Position numbers and translations under genes: made by a program
The notes under the pieces: model-generated
What the model was told of the DNA's origin: nothing
What the model saw: only the letters and a program-made list of their open reading frames with translations
Database searches by the model: none
In this document: positions 19,473 to 30,200 of the stretch, piece after piece
How the letters are laid out: every line of letters begins with the position of its first letter
Numbering within the stretch: the stretch's first letter is position 1
Source of the DNA: an uncultured Bacteroidota bacterium
Lineage (GTDB): Bacteria; Bacteroidota; Ignavibacteria; UBA10030; UBA6906
DNA: 64,000 nt
Assembly: GCA_963700635.1 (NCBI GenBank)
Contig: CAVOYH010000001.1
Coordinates: 96,001-160,000, forward strand
Direction of reading: 5' to 3'

Positions 19473-20579
19473 ATGATGCGCATACCGTTTCTTGACCTGA
19501 AAGCACAATATGCCACAATCAAGGAAGAAGTTCTTCCCGCGATCCACAATGTCCTCGACAATACTGCATACGTCCTGGGAAAGCCGGTTACGGAGTTTGA
19601 AGCTGCATTCGGACGGGAACACGGAGTGCAGTTTTGTTACGGGGTGAGCACCGGAACAGCCGGGAACCATATGGTCCTCTGGGCTCTTGGCGTCAAACCC
19701 GGCGACGAGGTTATAGTCCCCGCCAACACGTTCATTGCCACTGCCTGGGGCGCGACGTTGTGCGGTGCTACGCCGGTCTTTGTGGATTGTGAGGCGGAAA
19801 GTTACAACATCGATCCTGCAAAAGTCGAGGCCAGGATAACGGCCCGGACAAAGGCCATCGTTGCTGTCCACCTGTATGGTCAGCCGGCGGACATGGATTC
19901 GCTGAATGAGATCGCCAGGAAGCACAAGATCGCACTGGTGGAAGATTGTGCGCAATCACATTTTGCAGAGTATAAGGGCAAACGTACGGGGGGGCTTTCC
20001 GTCGCATCCTCCTATAGCTTCTACCCCGGCAAGAACCTTGGTGCGTACGGAGAGGGTGGCGCCGTTGCGACCAACGATCCCGCGCTTGCCAGGATTTTCA
20101 AGATGATCCGTGACCATGGTGCAGAAAAGAAGTACTATCACGAAATGCACGGTCACAACTACCGGATGGAGGGGATTCAGGGGGCTGTGCTGGGTGTCAA
20201 GCTGCGTCATCTGGGCTCATGGACAGAAGCGCGGAGAAAAAACGCGGCTCTGTACAACACCGCGCTGAAGGGCATCCCCGGAGTTGTTACGCCAAAGGAA
20301 ATGCCGTATGCAAAACATGTGTATCATCTGTATGTCATACGCGCGCCGCGTCGCGACGACCTGCAGAAGCATCTCGAGGCGAAAGGCGTCGCCACCGGTT
20401 TGCACTATCCCGTGCCGTTGCACGTACAAAACGCCTTCAAACATCTGGGCTACAAAGAAGGAGATTTTCCGGTCACCGAACAGGCGGCCGGAGAAATTCT
20501 TTCTCTCCCGATGTATCCGGAGCTGACGGAAGAACAGATACGGTATGTGGCCGGTGCAGTTCGGGAGTTTTATTCCTGA
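19473..20579 (+). CDS. DegT family aminotransferase (WbpE/PorR/FdtB-like)
   Basis: IPFLDLKAQY, VHLYGQ, EDCAQ, SFYPGKNLGAYGEGG, HVYHLY. Confidence 0.95.
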   Translation: MMRIPFLDLKAQYATIKEEVLPAIHNVLDNTAYVLGKPVTEFEAAFGREHGVQFCYGVSTGTAGNHMVLWALGVKPGDEVIVPANTFIATAWGATLCGATPVFVDCEAESYNIDPAKVEARITARTKAIVAVHLYGQPADMDSLNEIARKHKIALVEDCAQSHFAEYKGKRTGGLSVASSYSFYPGKNLGAYGEGGAVATNDPALARIFKMIRDHGAEKKYYHEMHGHNYRMEGIQGAVLGVKLRHLGSWTEARRKNAALYNTALKGIPGVVTPKEMPYAKHVYHLYVIRAPRRDDLQKHLEAKGVATGLHYPVPLHVQNAFKHLGYKEGDFPVTEQAAGEILSLPMYPELTEEQIRYVAGAVREFYS

Positions 20580-20612
20580 TCCTGCTTCCGTTGGAAGATA
20601 AAGGTTCTGACC

Positions 20613-20647
20613 ACCGCCTCCGGGTTTCTGACGGAGGCGGTTTTGTT
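20613..20647 (+). terminator. Intrinsic terminator
   Basis: 10-bp stem ACCGCCTCCG / CGGAGGCGGT followed by TTTGTT, 34 nt after the stop. Confidence 0.75.
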
Positions 20648-20842
20648 AAATCCTTGATGGACAAGAGTTTGTCCAGCCGGTTCTCTCCGGAGGGGATGAT
20701 GTGCGGTCAGAATCTACGCCGTTTTGTGCCAGGCTGGGTTTTGGGGTGCACATGAGCCTTCGTGATGCAGGACACGGCGGTAGGCTCTGGAGTTTTCTAC
20801 ATTATGCACACACGTTGAACAGTACACGCTACACCGTCCCAG

Positions 20843-20871
20843 TTGCATTTGGACACTCTTTTTTTTAACCT
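20843..20871 (+). promoter_or_regulatory. Sigma70-type promoter
   Basis: TTGCAT-17 nt-TAACCT upstream of the sugar transferase; T8 tract in the spacer. Confidence 0.55.
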
Positions 20872-20919
20872 TTATCTGGTCGCAAAAGGCCGGATTCTCC
20901 TCTCTAAGGGTACGAGACT

Positions 20920-22383
20920 ATGGTATCGTTTCGAAAGCGTGCAGCATACGCATACATACTTCCCGTCCTTGACTGGTTGACGATCGTCGCTGCTCTTTTT
21001 CTGGCCATTGTCCTGCGCGGTCGCGGGTTCGCCGGCGAATTTACCTTCATCGGCGCGCCGCTGGAGGGCGAGATCATTTTCCTCGTCGTGTTCAGTGCGG
21101 CGGCAACCCTTGTGTTCCGCTACCAGAGCCTCTACAAGGTCAACGTTTTTATCAGCGTCTCCGACCAGACGGTGCGCATAATCAAATCGTTGATCTACAC
21201 CATTGTCGGTCTCGCGCTGCTGGCGTTCTTTATCCGGGCTTCGTGGATCCTGGACAGCCGTCTGGCGATGATCTATTTTACGGTCATCTCTGCGCTCATG
21301 TTGACCATGGGTCGCGTTATTGTCTTCCGGAATATCTATCTCTGGCTCTCACGACGGAAAGTGTTCCATCGTAACGCGCTGATTGTCGGTTCAGGAGAGA
21401 ATGGCAAGAATCTGGCCATCAATCTTTTCTTGAATGATCACCTTGGTTTGAACCTCGTCGGGTTTCTGGATGACGATCTCCCGCTGGGGAAAGTGGTCTT
21501 CAACCGGGCCAAAGTGGTCGGCCGGGTTTCGGAACTGAAAGATATCGTCAAGGTCTTCGAAGTCCAGGAAGTGATCGTGAGCCTTGAAAACGTTGACCAC
21601 GGCAGGCTCATCAATGTGCTGGAAATTGCAACGATGACGGATGCGGTGGTGAAGATTTCTTCGCCGCTGTATGATGTTGTCCCGGCACGCCTCTTCATCG
21701 AGAAGTATGGCAATCTTCCGGTTGTGGGGATCTCCCAGTTTAACCCGAGTCCGTTCCTGGAAGGATACAAGCGGGTGTTTGACTCCATGCTCGCTGCGTT
21801 GGGTCTCCTGCTGCTCCTGCCCATGTTTGGAACCATCGCTCTGCTGATCAGACTGAATTCCCGCGGACCGATCTTTTTCGCACAGACCCGTATCGGGAAG
21901 AACGGGAAACCGTTCAAGTTCTACAAATTCCGGTCCATGACCGTGGGGAGTGATAAGGACAGGGACCGCGAAAAGATTGTTGTTGAATTCATGCAGACCA
22001 AAACGAAGGTCAAACCGGCGGCAAAGACCTCAACGAAGATCGTCAACGAATCGCGTGTGACACCGATCGGCCGTTTTCTCCGCAAGACGAGTCTTGACGA
22101 GTTGCCCCAGTTGTTTAATGTGCTAAAGGGCGACATGAGTCTCGTCGGGCCGCGACCCTGCCTCCCGTTCGAATGGGATCACTATGAAGAGTGGCACAAG
22201 CGCCGCCTGAGCGTGATGCCCGGTTGTACGGGCATGTGGCAGGTCGCCGGACGGAGCGTGGTGGGATTTGAAGACATGGTGGTTCTGGATCTGTACTACA
22301 TCCAGAATGCGTCCGTGCTGCTCGATTTTGGTCTCCTGCTCAAAACACTACCCGTGATGCTCTTCGGCTCCGGGGCCAAATAA
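20920..22383 (+). CDS. Polyprenyl-phosphate glycosylphosphotransferase (WcaJ/WbaP-type initiating sugar transferase)
   Basis: Four N-terminal TMs, VGFLDD domain, [35 protein letters not shown]. Confidence 0.95.
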   Translation: MVSFRKRAAYAYILPVLDWLTIVAALFLAIVLRGRGFAGEFTFIGAPLEGEIIFLVVFSAAATLVFRYQSLYKVNVFISVSDQTVRIIKSLIYTIVGLALLAFFIRASWILDSRLAMIYFTVISALMLTMGRVIVFRNIYLWLSRRKVFHRNALIVGSGENGKNLAINLFLNDHLGLNLVGFLDDDLPLGKVVFNRAKVVGRVSELKDIVKVFEVQEVIVSLENVDHGRLINVLEIATMTDAVVKISSPLYDVVPARLFIEKYGNLPVVGISQFNPSPFLEGYKRVFDSMLAALGLLLLLPMFGTIALLIRLNSRGPIFFAQTRIGKNGKPFKFYKFRSMTVGSDKDRDREKIVVEFMQTKTKVKPAAKTSTKIVNESRVTPIGRFLRKTSLDELPQLFNVLKGDMSLVGPRPCLPFEWDHYEEWHKRRLSVMPGCTGMWQVAGRSVVGFEDMVVLDLYYIQNASVLLDFGLLLKTLPVMLFGSGAK

Positions 22384-22396
22384 GGAAACTTTCCTG

Positions 22397-23401
22397 ATGA
22401 AAATCGGTGTCGTAGGTTTTGGATACTGGGGACCGAATCTGGTCCGTAATTTCCAGGCAACCCCCTCAGTAGAGGGACTGGTCTGCTATGATGCTTCTGA
22501 AAAGCGGCTCGCCATTGCCAAACAGAAATTCCCTTCTCTGGAAGTGGCGAAAACATACGATGACCTCCTTGCGCGCAAGGATGTTACCGCAATTGCGATT
22601 GCAACACCGGTCTCCACGCATCATGCGCTCGGCATGAAAGCTCTCAACGCGGGAAAGCACCTCCTCCTGGAAAAGCCGATGGCGGAGAGCGTTGAGCAGT
22701 GTAAACAGTTGGTTGATCTTGCGGAAAAAAAGAAGCTGGTGCTCATGGTAGACCACACCTTCGTCTATACGGGCGCCGTCCGGAAAATCAAGGAACTTGT
22801 GGAGAACGGGCGTCTCGGCGAGATCATGTACTTCGATTCTGTGCGTGTGAATCTGGGGCTCTTCCAGCATGACACAAATGTTCTCTGGGATCTGGCGCCA
22901 CACGATCTGTCCATCATGGACTACATCATCGGGCTTGAACCGACCGGTGTCTCGGCCATCGGGGCTAAACATTTCAGCGACAAAGAGGATATTGCGTATA
23001 TCAGCGTGCTGTATGGAAACCAGCTGCTTGCGCATTTCCACGTCAACTGGATGTCCCCCGTTAAAGTCCGGAAGATCTTGATCGGCGGGAGCAAGCTGAT
23101 GGTGGTCTATGACGACATGGAGCCGAGCGAAAAAATCCGTGTCTATGATAAAGGAGTGGACATCAAAGAACGTGAGTCAATCTATAAAGTGCTTGTGCAG
23201 TACCGGACCGGCGACATGTGGGCTCCAAAGATCGACACGAATGAGGCGTTGAGCCTGATGGTGGGAGATTTTTTGGATGCCATCACATCGGGTAATCGCC
23301 CCACCACCGATGGGCGGTCCGGCATGAAGGTGGTCAAGATCCTGGAGGCAGCGCAGGCTTCGTTGGCGGCCCATGGTGCGATGATCTCCCTGTCGTCCTG
23401 A
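22397..23401 (+). CDS. Gfo/Idh/MocA oxidoreductase (candidate NDP-sugar 3-dehydrogenase)
   Basis: [28 protein letters not shown]. Confidence 0.92.
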   Translation: MKIGVVGFGYWGPNLVRNFQATPSVEGLVCYDASEKRLAIAKQKFPSLEVAKTYDDLLARKDVTAIAIATPVSTHHALGMKALNAGKHLLLEKPMAESVEQCKQLVDLAEKKKLVLMVDHTFVYTGAVRKIKELVENGRLGEIMYFDSVRVNLGLFQHDTNVLWDLAPHDLSIMDYIIGLEPTGVSAIGAKHFSDKEDIAYISVLYGNQLLAHFHVNWMSPVKVRKILIGGSKLMVVYDDMEPSEKIRVYDKGVDIKERESIYKVLVQYRTGDMWAPKIDTNEALSLMVGDFLDAITSGNRPTTDGRSGMKVVKILEAAQASLAAHGAMISLSS

Positions 23402-23429
23402 ATCCCGTGATGCCCTGTCCCCACTACCG

Positions 23430-23915
23430 ATGGAGAAGAAACAGATGTCCTTTCAGAAGATAGCGCCCGACGTAAAGCTTGGAAAAGATGTGAAGGTGTA
23501 TGACTTCGTCAACATGTATGGATGCGAAATCGGCGACCGGACCAAAATCGGAACCTTTGTGGAGATTCAGAAGGGTGTGAAGATCGGTGCGGACTGCAAG
23601 GTTTCTTCACATACGTTTATCTGTGAAGGTGTCACCGTCGAGGATGGAGTGTTTGTCGGCCACAATGTTTCCTTCATTAACGACAAATACCCGCGCTCTA
23701 CAAATCCTGATGGCGCCATGCAGACAGAAGCGGATTGGGCCGTCGTGAAGACGCTCGTAAAAAAAGGTGCGTCGATTGGAACGAGCACGACGGTACTGTG
23801 TGGAGTGACTATCGGGGAAAACGCCATCGTTGGTGCCGGCAGCGTCATCACCAAGGATGTCCCGCCCAACTCGGTTGTTGCGGGTGTGCCGGCCCGTGTT
23901 ATCAGAAAAGTATAA
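23430..23915 (+). CDS. Hexapeptide-repeat N-acetyltransferase (WbpD/FdtC-like)
   Basis: Left-handed beta-helix repeats, [27 protein letters not shown]. Confidence 0.9.
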   Translation: MEKKQMSFQKIAPDVKLGKDVKVYDFVNMYGCEIGDRTKIGTFVEIQKGVKIGADCKVSSHTFICEGVTVEDGVFVGHNVSFINDKYPRSTNPDGAMQTEADWAVVKTLVKKGASIGTSTTVLCGVTIGENAIVGAGSVITKDVPPNSVVAGVPARVIRKV

Positions 23916-23947
23916 TCCATTCTCACACTCATCCGGGGAATCACCGC

Positions 23948-24724
23948 ATGAAGGTAGCAATCCTTGCCGGCGGCGTGGGGACGCGTTTGGTCGAAGAGAC
24001 CGAAGTAAAACCAAAACCCATGGTGGAAATCGGGGGGCGTCCGATCCTCTGGCATATCATGAAACATTATGCACACCATGATTTTAAGGAGTTTGTAATC
24101 GCCCTTGGCTATAAGGGCGAATATATCAAAAAATATATGGTGGACTACGCGAACTTGAATAGCAGCGCGTTGACGGTACAGATGAAGTCCGGGACTGTTG
24201 AAATCGACGGGAGCTCGCGGCCTGACTGGACGGTACAATTGGTGGACACCGGGATTTCCACGCTGACCGGCGGCCGGATTAAGAGGCTTCAACCGTATCT
24301 CGGCAACGAGACATTTATGCTCACCTGGGGAGACGGCGTTTCGGATATCAACCTCCATGAATTGTTGAAGTTCCATAAGGCACACGGGAAACTTGCCACG
24401 CTTACCGCCGTGCGCCCGCCGGCCCGGTTCGGCCATATGGTGTTTGATGGGGACAAGATCGTGGAGTTCCTGGAGAAGCCTCAGACCGGTGAAGGGTGGA
24501 TTAACGGGGCGTTTTTTGTCCTTGAACCGGGTATTTTTAAGTACATCCACGGCGATGAAACACAATGGGAACATGACCCGCTTGAACGCCTCGCGGCCGA
24601 CGGCCAGTTGATGGCGTACCGCCATTCGTCGTTCTGGCAGTGTATGGATACGTTACGCGACAAGAAACTGCTCGAAGACCTCTGGCAGCACGGCGGCGCA
24701 CCCTGGAAAGCCTGGAAGGATTGA
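23948..24724 (+). CDS. rfbF: Glucose-1-phosphate cytidylyltransferase
   Basis: ILAGGVGTRL.EET..KPKPMVEIG, VDTG..TLTGGRIKR, WINGAFFV, FWQCMDTLRD, APWK.W. Confidence 0.93.
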   Translation: MKVAILAGGVGTRLVEETEVKPKPMVEIGGRPILWHIMKHYAHHDFKEFVIALGYKGEYIKKYMVDYANLNSSALTVQMKSGTVEIDGSSRPDWTVQLVDTGISTLTGGRIKRLQPYLGNETFMLTWGDGVSDINLHELLKFHKAHGKLATLTAVRPPARFGHMVFDGDKIVEFLEKPQTGEGWINGAFFVLEPGIFKYIHGDETQWEHDPLERLAADGQLMAYRHSSFWQCMDTLRDKKLLEDLWQHGGAPWKAWKD

Positions 24725-24725
24725 T

Positions 24726-25757
24726 ATGCGCGTACTCGTTACCGGTCACCTTGGCTACATCGGAACCGTTATGGTTCCCATGCTTCTTGACGAGGGATTT
24801 GAGGTTGTCGGACTCGACAGCGATCTCTTTGAACGATCGACCTTCGGGGAAGGAATTGTTCCCGTCCCGCATATCAAAAAAGACGTGCGTGATGTGGAGA
24901 CGTCAGACCTCCGGGATTTTGACGCGGTCATCCACCTTGCCGGTCTCTCCAACGATCCTCTGGGCGATCTCAATCCGGACCTGACATTCGACATCAACCA
25001 TCTGGCCTCTGTCCGCCTGGCGGAACTTTCAAAACAGGCCGGGATCCGCCGCTTCGTGTTCTCTTCGTCGTGCAGCAACTATGGCGCCGGAGGGGAAGCG
25101 CTCCTCAATGAGCACTCCGCGTTTAACCCCGTTACACCCTACGGCATCTCCAAAGTCCGGGTGGAACAGGATGTCTCCAAGATGGCAGACAACTCCTTCA
25201 GTCCGACATTTCTTCGTAATGCAACCGCCTTTGGCGTGTCCCCGCGGTTGCGGTTTGACCTGGTGTTGAATAACCTTGCTGCGTGGGCGTTCACAACAGG
25301 CAAAGTGTTTATCAAGAGCGATGGTACACCCTGGCGGCCCATCGTCCATATTGCAGACATTTCCCGCGCCTTTATAGCCGTCCTGAAATCTCCCATCGAT
25401 CTTGTCCATAACCAGGCGTTCAACGTCGCGCGGAATGAAGACAACTACCGCATCCACGAACTGGCCGACATCGTGAAGGAGACGGTTCCCAACACGGTTA
25501 TCGAATACGCTAAAGACGCCGGACCGGATAAACGTTGCTACCGGGTGGACAGTTCCAAGATTATGAACACGCTGTCCTCCTTTAAGCCTGTCTGGGATGC
25601 CCGCAAGGGTGCCCGGGAACTGCTTGGGGCGTACAAAAAAGTCGGGCTCAAGCTGGATGATTTTGAAGGGCCCAAGTACAAACGGATCGACCATATCAAA
25701 ATGCTTATCAACTCCGGCCGCCTCGGTCCGGATCTACGCTGGACGACGTCATCCTGA
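24726..25757 (+). CDS. NAD-dependent epimerase/dehydratase (extended SDR)
   Basis: TGHLGYIG, HLAGLSNDP, YGISK, RLRFDLVLNN. Confidence 0.92.
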   Translation: MRVLVTGHLGYIGTVMVPMLLDEGFEVVGLDSDLFERSTFGEGIVPVPHIKKDVRDVETSDLRDFDAVIHLAGLSNDPLGDLNPDLTFDINHLASVRLAELSKQAGIRRFVFSSSCSNYGAGGEALLNEHSAFNPVTPYGISKVRVEQDVSKMADNSFSPTFLRNATAFGVSPRLRFDLVLNNLAAWAFTTGKVFIKSDGTPWRPIVHIADISRAFIAVLKSPIDLVHNQAFNVARNEDNYRIHELADIVKETVPNTVIEYAKDAGPDKRCYRVDSSKIMNTLSSFKPVWDARKGARELLGAYKKVGLKLDDFEGPKYKRIDHIKMLINSGRLGPDLRWTTSS

Positions 25758-25773
25758 ACAGGACTCTCCCATC

Positions 25774-27005
25774 ATGAAGACGAAGTATCCACCCTGCCGT
25801 TCCTGTGGCAAGAAAGATCTGCAGCTCATCATCTCGTTTGGCCGTACAGCCCTCGCAGATCGCCTGGTAACCCATGCCCAATTAGGGCTTCCGGAAATCA
25901 CCGCTCCGCTGGATCTGGTGTTCTGTCCTGCATGTTCGCTCGTGCAAATCACCGAATCCGTCTCGCCGGAGATCCTCTTCGGACCGGAATACCCGTACTT
26001 TTCGTCCGTATCGCCTTCGCTGCTACAGCACTTCCGCCAGAGCGCGGAGCACATTATCGAAAAAGGGGACTCAACAGCACGCACCTTGTCGTTGAAGCCG
26101 CCAGCAATGACGGCTACATGCTGAAAATTTTCCAGGAAAAGGGCATTCAGGTGCAGGGAATCGACCCGGCCCAGGCCCCTGCCCGCAAAGCTCAGGAAGA
26201 TGGAGTCCCCACGCTCATCACCTTCTTTGGAAAAGAGCTGGCGATGCGATTGCGCAGGGAGGAAGGAAAAGCGGCGGATGTGTTCCTTGCCAATAACGTG
26301 CTTGCGCACGTTCCGGATTTAAACGGCTTCGTTGAGGGGATAAAGATCATTCTCAAAGACGATGGTGTGGCCGTCATCGAATGCCCTTACCTGGTGGACC
26401 TTGTTGATCATTGCGAATTCGACACCATCTATCATCAACATCTTTGCTATTTTTCGGTCACCGCACTGAACAAACTTTTCCGCCGGCATGGGTTGTTTCT
26501 CAATGAGATCAAGCGAGTCCCGGTTCATGGCGGGACGATCAGGCTGTTCGTGGAACCCGTTGAGAGAGTCGGCAGGAGCGTCCAGTCTCTTCTGGCGATG
26601 GAGAAGAAGCGGAAAGTTGACAGGATGAGTTATTACCGCGACTTTGCTGCCCGCGTTGAAGCTATCAAGACGTCGGTTCTGGACATTCTTGAAGGGCTGA
26701 AACGTAAGGGCAAAACAGTTGCCTCCTACGGCGCGGCGGCAAAGGCAACAACAATGCTGGCCTACGTGGGACTGGACAAGCGACTCGTGGATTACGTTGT
26801 GGACCTGAATCCTTTCAAGCATGGAAAATACATGGGGGTGAATCATCTCCCCATCTACCCCCCGTCAAAACTGGCAGAGGATATGCCTGACTATGTGCTC
26901 ATCCTGGCGTGGAATTTTTCGGAAGAGATTATGCGCCAGCAGGATGTATATCGTAGCAAGGGGGGAAGGTTTATTGTTCCGATCCCCAAACCGAAGATAG
27001 TCTAA
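25774..27005 (+). pseudogene. NDP-sugar C-methyltransferase, one missing base in the A5G4 run at 26060-26068 (possibly a sequence error)
   Basis: Zn-site CRSCG/CPAC, YPYFSS, then in the -1 frame [36 protein letters not shown]. Confidence 0.85.
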
Positions 27006-27170
27006 TATTCCACGTTTGGCGAAATATAGCCATCCGGCTGGTATGAGATAAATTCCGGGGGTTGATTTCGCGCCATCTGGAGCATGTTCTGTTCTTTGCC
27101 ATGGGTACGACAATTGCTTATGCTTTTTGGTTAAGGGTATCTCCCGGGCTGTGTGACAGCCGTCACGTGT

Positions 27171-27199
27171 TTGACATTCGGCGTGTGGTATCTTATCTT
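27171..27199 (+). promoter_or_regulatory. Sigma70-type promoter
   Basis: TTGACA-17 nt-TATCTT upstream of the T9SS cargo cluster. Confidence 0.6.
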
Positions 27200-27254
27200 T
27201 ATTAACGAAAACACGCCGGAAATAACATTTTTTCTCAAGAGAAAGGCATAAGTC

Positions 27255-30200
27255 ATGGAAAGACTGTTCCAGCGGTTTCACGTACCCCTGGTCCTGGTGC
27301 TGGTATATGCAATGGCACTCACAAGCACGGCCTTTTCTGGTCCAACCACGTTCACCTCTGACGCATTCAACTCCCGTAATTTGCTCCGGCCACTCTGGTC
27401 ATTCACGGATCCCATCGGTGATGGTTCGCTCCGTATGCTGGGATACAAGACCGAGAGCGCACGGGTGCAGATTTCGGTCCCGGGTGGTTCAGAACATGAC
27501 CTCTGGACCCCGGCGTACAATGTCCCCAGAATCACGCAGGCATGTACGAACACCGATTTTACGGTCGAGGCGAAGTTCTTCTCCGGCCTGCAGGGCATTT
27601 CCTTCCAATCATATCAGGCACAGGGAATTGTCGTCGAACAGGATTCACTAAATTTGATTCGTTTTGACTTTACAACAGGTCACGACGTGGACAGCGTGAA
27701 AGCTTTCTCCGCTGTCTTTCTTAACGGGTTCAGCTCACCGTCAGTCAAAATCAACAACAAGCACTTCACGGGATATGGTGTTGCGCCGTTATGGTTGAGG
27801 GTGACACGTACGGGCAACATGTGGAAGATGTACTATTCGTTAAACGGTACGACGTTCACGCTGGCCGATAGTTTTGCACAGGCCCTCACGGTTACGAAGA
27901 TCGGGGCGTTTGCCGGTAATGCCGGTCCAAACCCTCTCCCGTTTACAGCGGATATCGACTATTTCTTCAACAATGACTCGCCCATTCTTCCTGAGGACGG
28001 TACCCCGGTCGCCGACAACCTCGGACCAATGATCTACAATGTCAACGCGGTGGTCAAACCGAATGCCATGGTGATCCGGTGGAAGACCGACGAACCCACG
28101 GACGGCGTTATCGAATGGGGATCGACTGCATCCTACGGAAATGTCCCTGTCTCTCATGGTGGCACCTATTTCGATCACCGTCTGATTGTGGCGGGTCTGA
28201 ACAGCATGAGTGAGTATCACTTCCGTGTTAAAGGAACCGATGACAGTCTCCGCACCAATGCATCCGGGGATTATGTGGTCAATTCTGGAAATTACGTCGA
28301 TGACGTACTGATGGTCTCGGATGATTTTGGAGGAACGACCGTCGATGCCGGGCTGTGGACTGCGGTAAACCCGCGCGGGGACGCATCGTTTACCGTGGCG
28401 GGCAAGAAACTCTCAATTGGAGTCGCCGGAGGGATTTCCCATGACGTGTGGACGGACGGATATTATGCGCCGCGGCTGATGCAGCAGGTGAAGAATAACG
28501 CGGATGTCTATGAGTTTACGGCGAAGTTCACCACGCCGCTCGTGGGTTCCGCCACGAATGTGATGATCCAGGGAATTGTTGTGGAGCAGGACACGAACAA
28601 TCTCCTGCGGGCGAACTTCAGTTATGACGGCAGCAACGTACGGATTTTCGTCGCCGGGTTCTACGATGGGCTTGCCTCGCCGGATGTGCTCGCCAATGAC
28701 GTCCTCACCGGTGCCACGTCAAACCTCTGGCTGCGCATGACCCAGGGAGGTGGAACGTTCAGGGTTTACTATTCGCTGAACGGCACCGTCTGGTCGTTCA
28801 TCCCGAGTTTTCCGCGCCCCTTGAATACGAAAAAGATCGGTGTGTTTGCCGGGAACGGTGGTTCGAGTCCGCAGGCATTCACCTGTTCTGTAGAGTACGT
28901 GGCTACCACGTTGCCGGCGAGACCCTACCTCGCACTCCCGCTGAACAATGCGGTGGATATCCCTACACCGCCAACAATGGTATGGGACACCACGGCATCC
29001 GCATCTCTGTATCGTCTTCAGCTTTCCACTGATGCCGGATTCGGGACTCTTGCCTACAACGATTCCACGATTGCCACCACCTCCAAACAGGTTGCGGGGC
29101 TCCTGAACACGACCCGGTACTACTGGCGCGTGCAGGGGAAGAACGCGGTGGGTGTCGGGCCTGTGTCCGCTGCGTTTACCTTTGTTACGGCCATCCCTGC
29201 GCCTGCGGTCCCGTTGGCGCTGGCGCCGGCTGACAATGCAACGGACGTGGATGTCGCTCCGACAATCCGCTGGACAAAACCTGCGGGTGCCACGAGTTAT
29301 CGGCTTCAAGTGGCCACGGACTCGCTTTTTGTCACGGGGATTGTTCTTAATGATTCGACTCTGACCGATACGGCACGCGTTGTCGCCGGCCTTACAAATC
29401 TGACAAAATATTACTGGCGCGTTAATGCAAAGAATGCGGGGGGAACCAGCGCATACACTGCAAAACGTGCTTTTACGACTATTTCTGCGATTCCAGCTGC
29501 TCCTGTACTTCTGACCCCGCCGAACAACGCGGTCAATCAGCAGGCCAACGTTCTGCTGCGCTGGAACCGCTCCAATGGCGCGCTCACATATCGGCTGCAG
29601 GTGGCGACCGATTCCACCTTTGGCTCGGGAGTGGTCTTTAACGATTCCACGCTTGCCGATACCGCACGTGCAATGTCAGCTCTTACCAACAGCACCCGGT
29701 ATTTCTGGCGCGTGAATGCAAAAAATGCCGCGGGTACAAGTTCGTACTCCACGGTGTGGGCGTTCACAACAATCGTCGCCAATCCGGGTATCCCTGTGCT
29801 GCTCTCCCCTGCTGACGGGGCGACGAATCAGGATCTCAGCCTTAAGTATCTATGGCGGAAGGTTTCGGGCGCGACGACGTATCGCTTGCAGGTTGCGTCG
29901 GATTCCACATTTGCAACGGGGATCGTGGTGAACGACTCAACGATCACGGATTCCACACGGACCGTGGGCGGGCTTGCGTTCAACATGAAATATTTCTGGC
30001 GTGTGAATTCCAAAAATATCGGAGGCACAAGTCCCTATTCTTCGGTATGGAACTTCCGGACCTTTGATGCCGATCCTGCCATCCCCAGACAGATTGCTCC
30101 GGCACAGGCGGCAACGGATCTGACCATTCCGGTATCGATCGTATGGACACGGCCGGCGGGCGCAACGTCATTTCAGCTCCAGGTGGCCACCGACTCCACA

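Noticed and set aside
23567-24625. 352-aa minus-strand ORF
   Set aside because: Antisense to the acetyltransferase and rfbF
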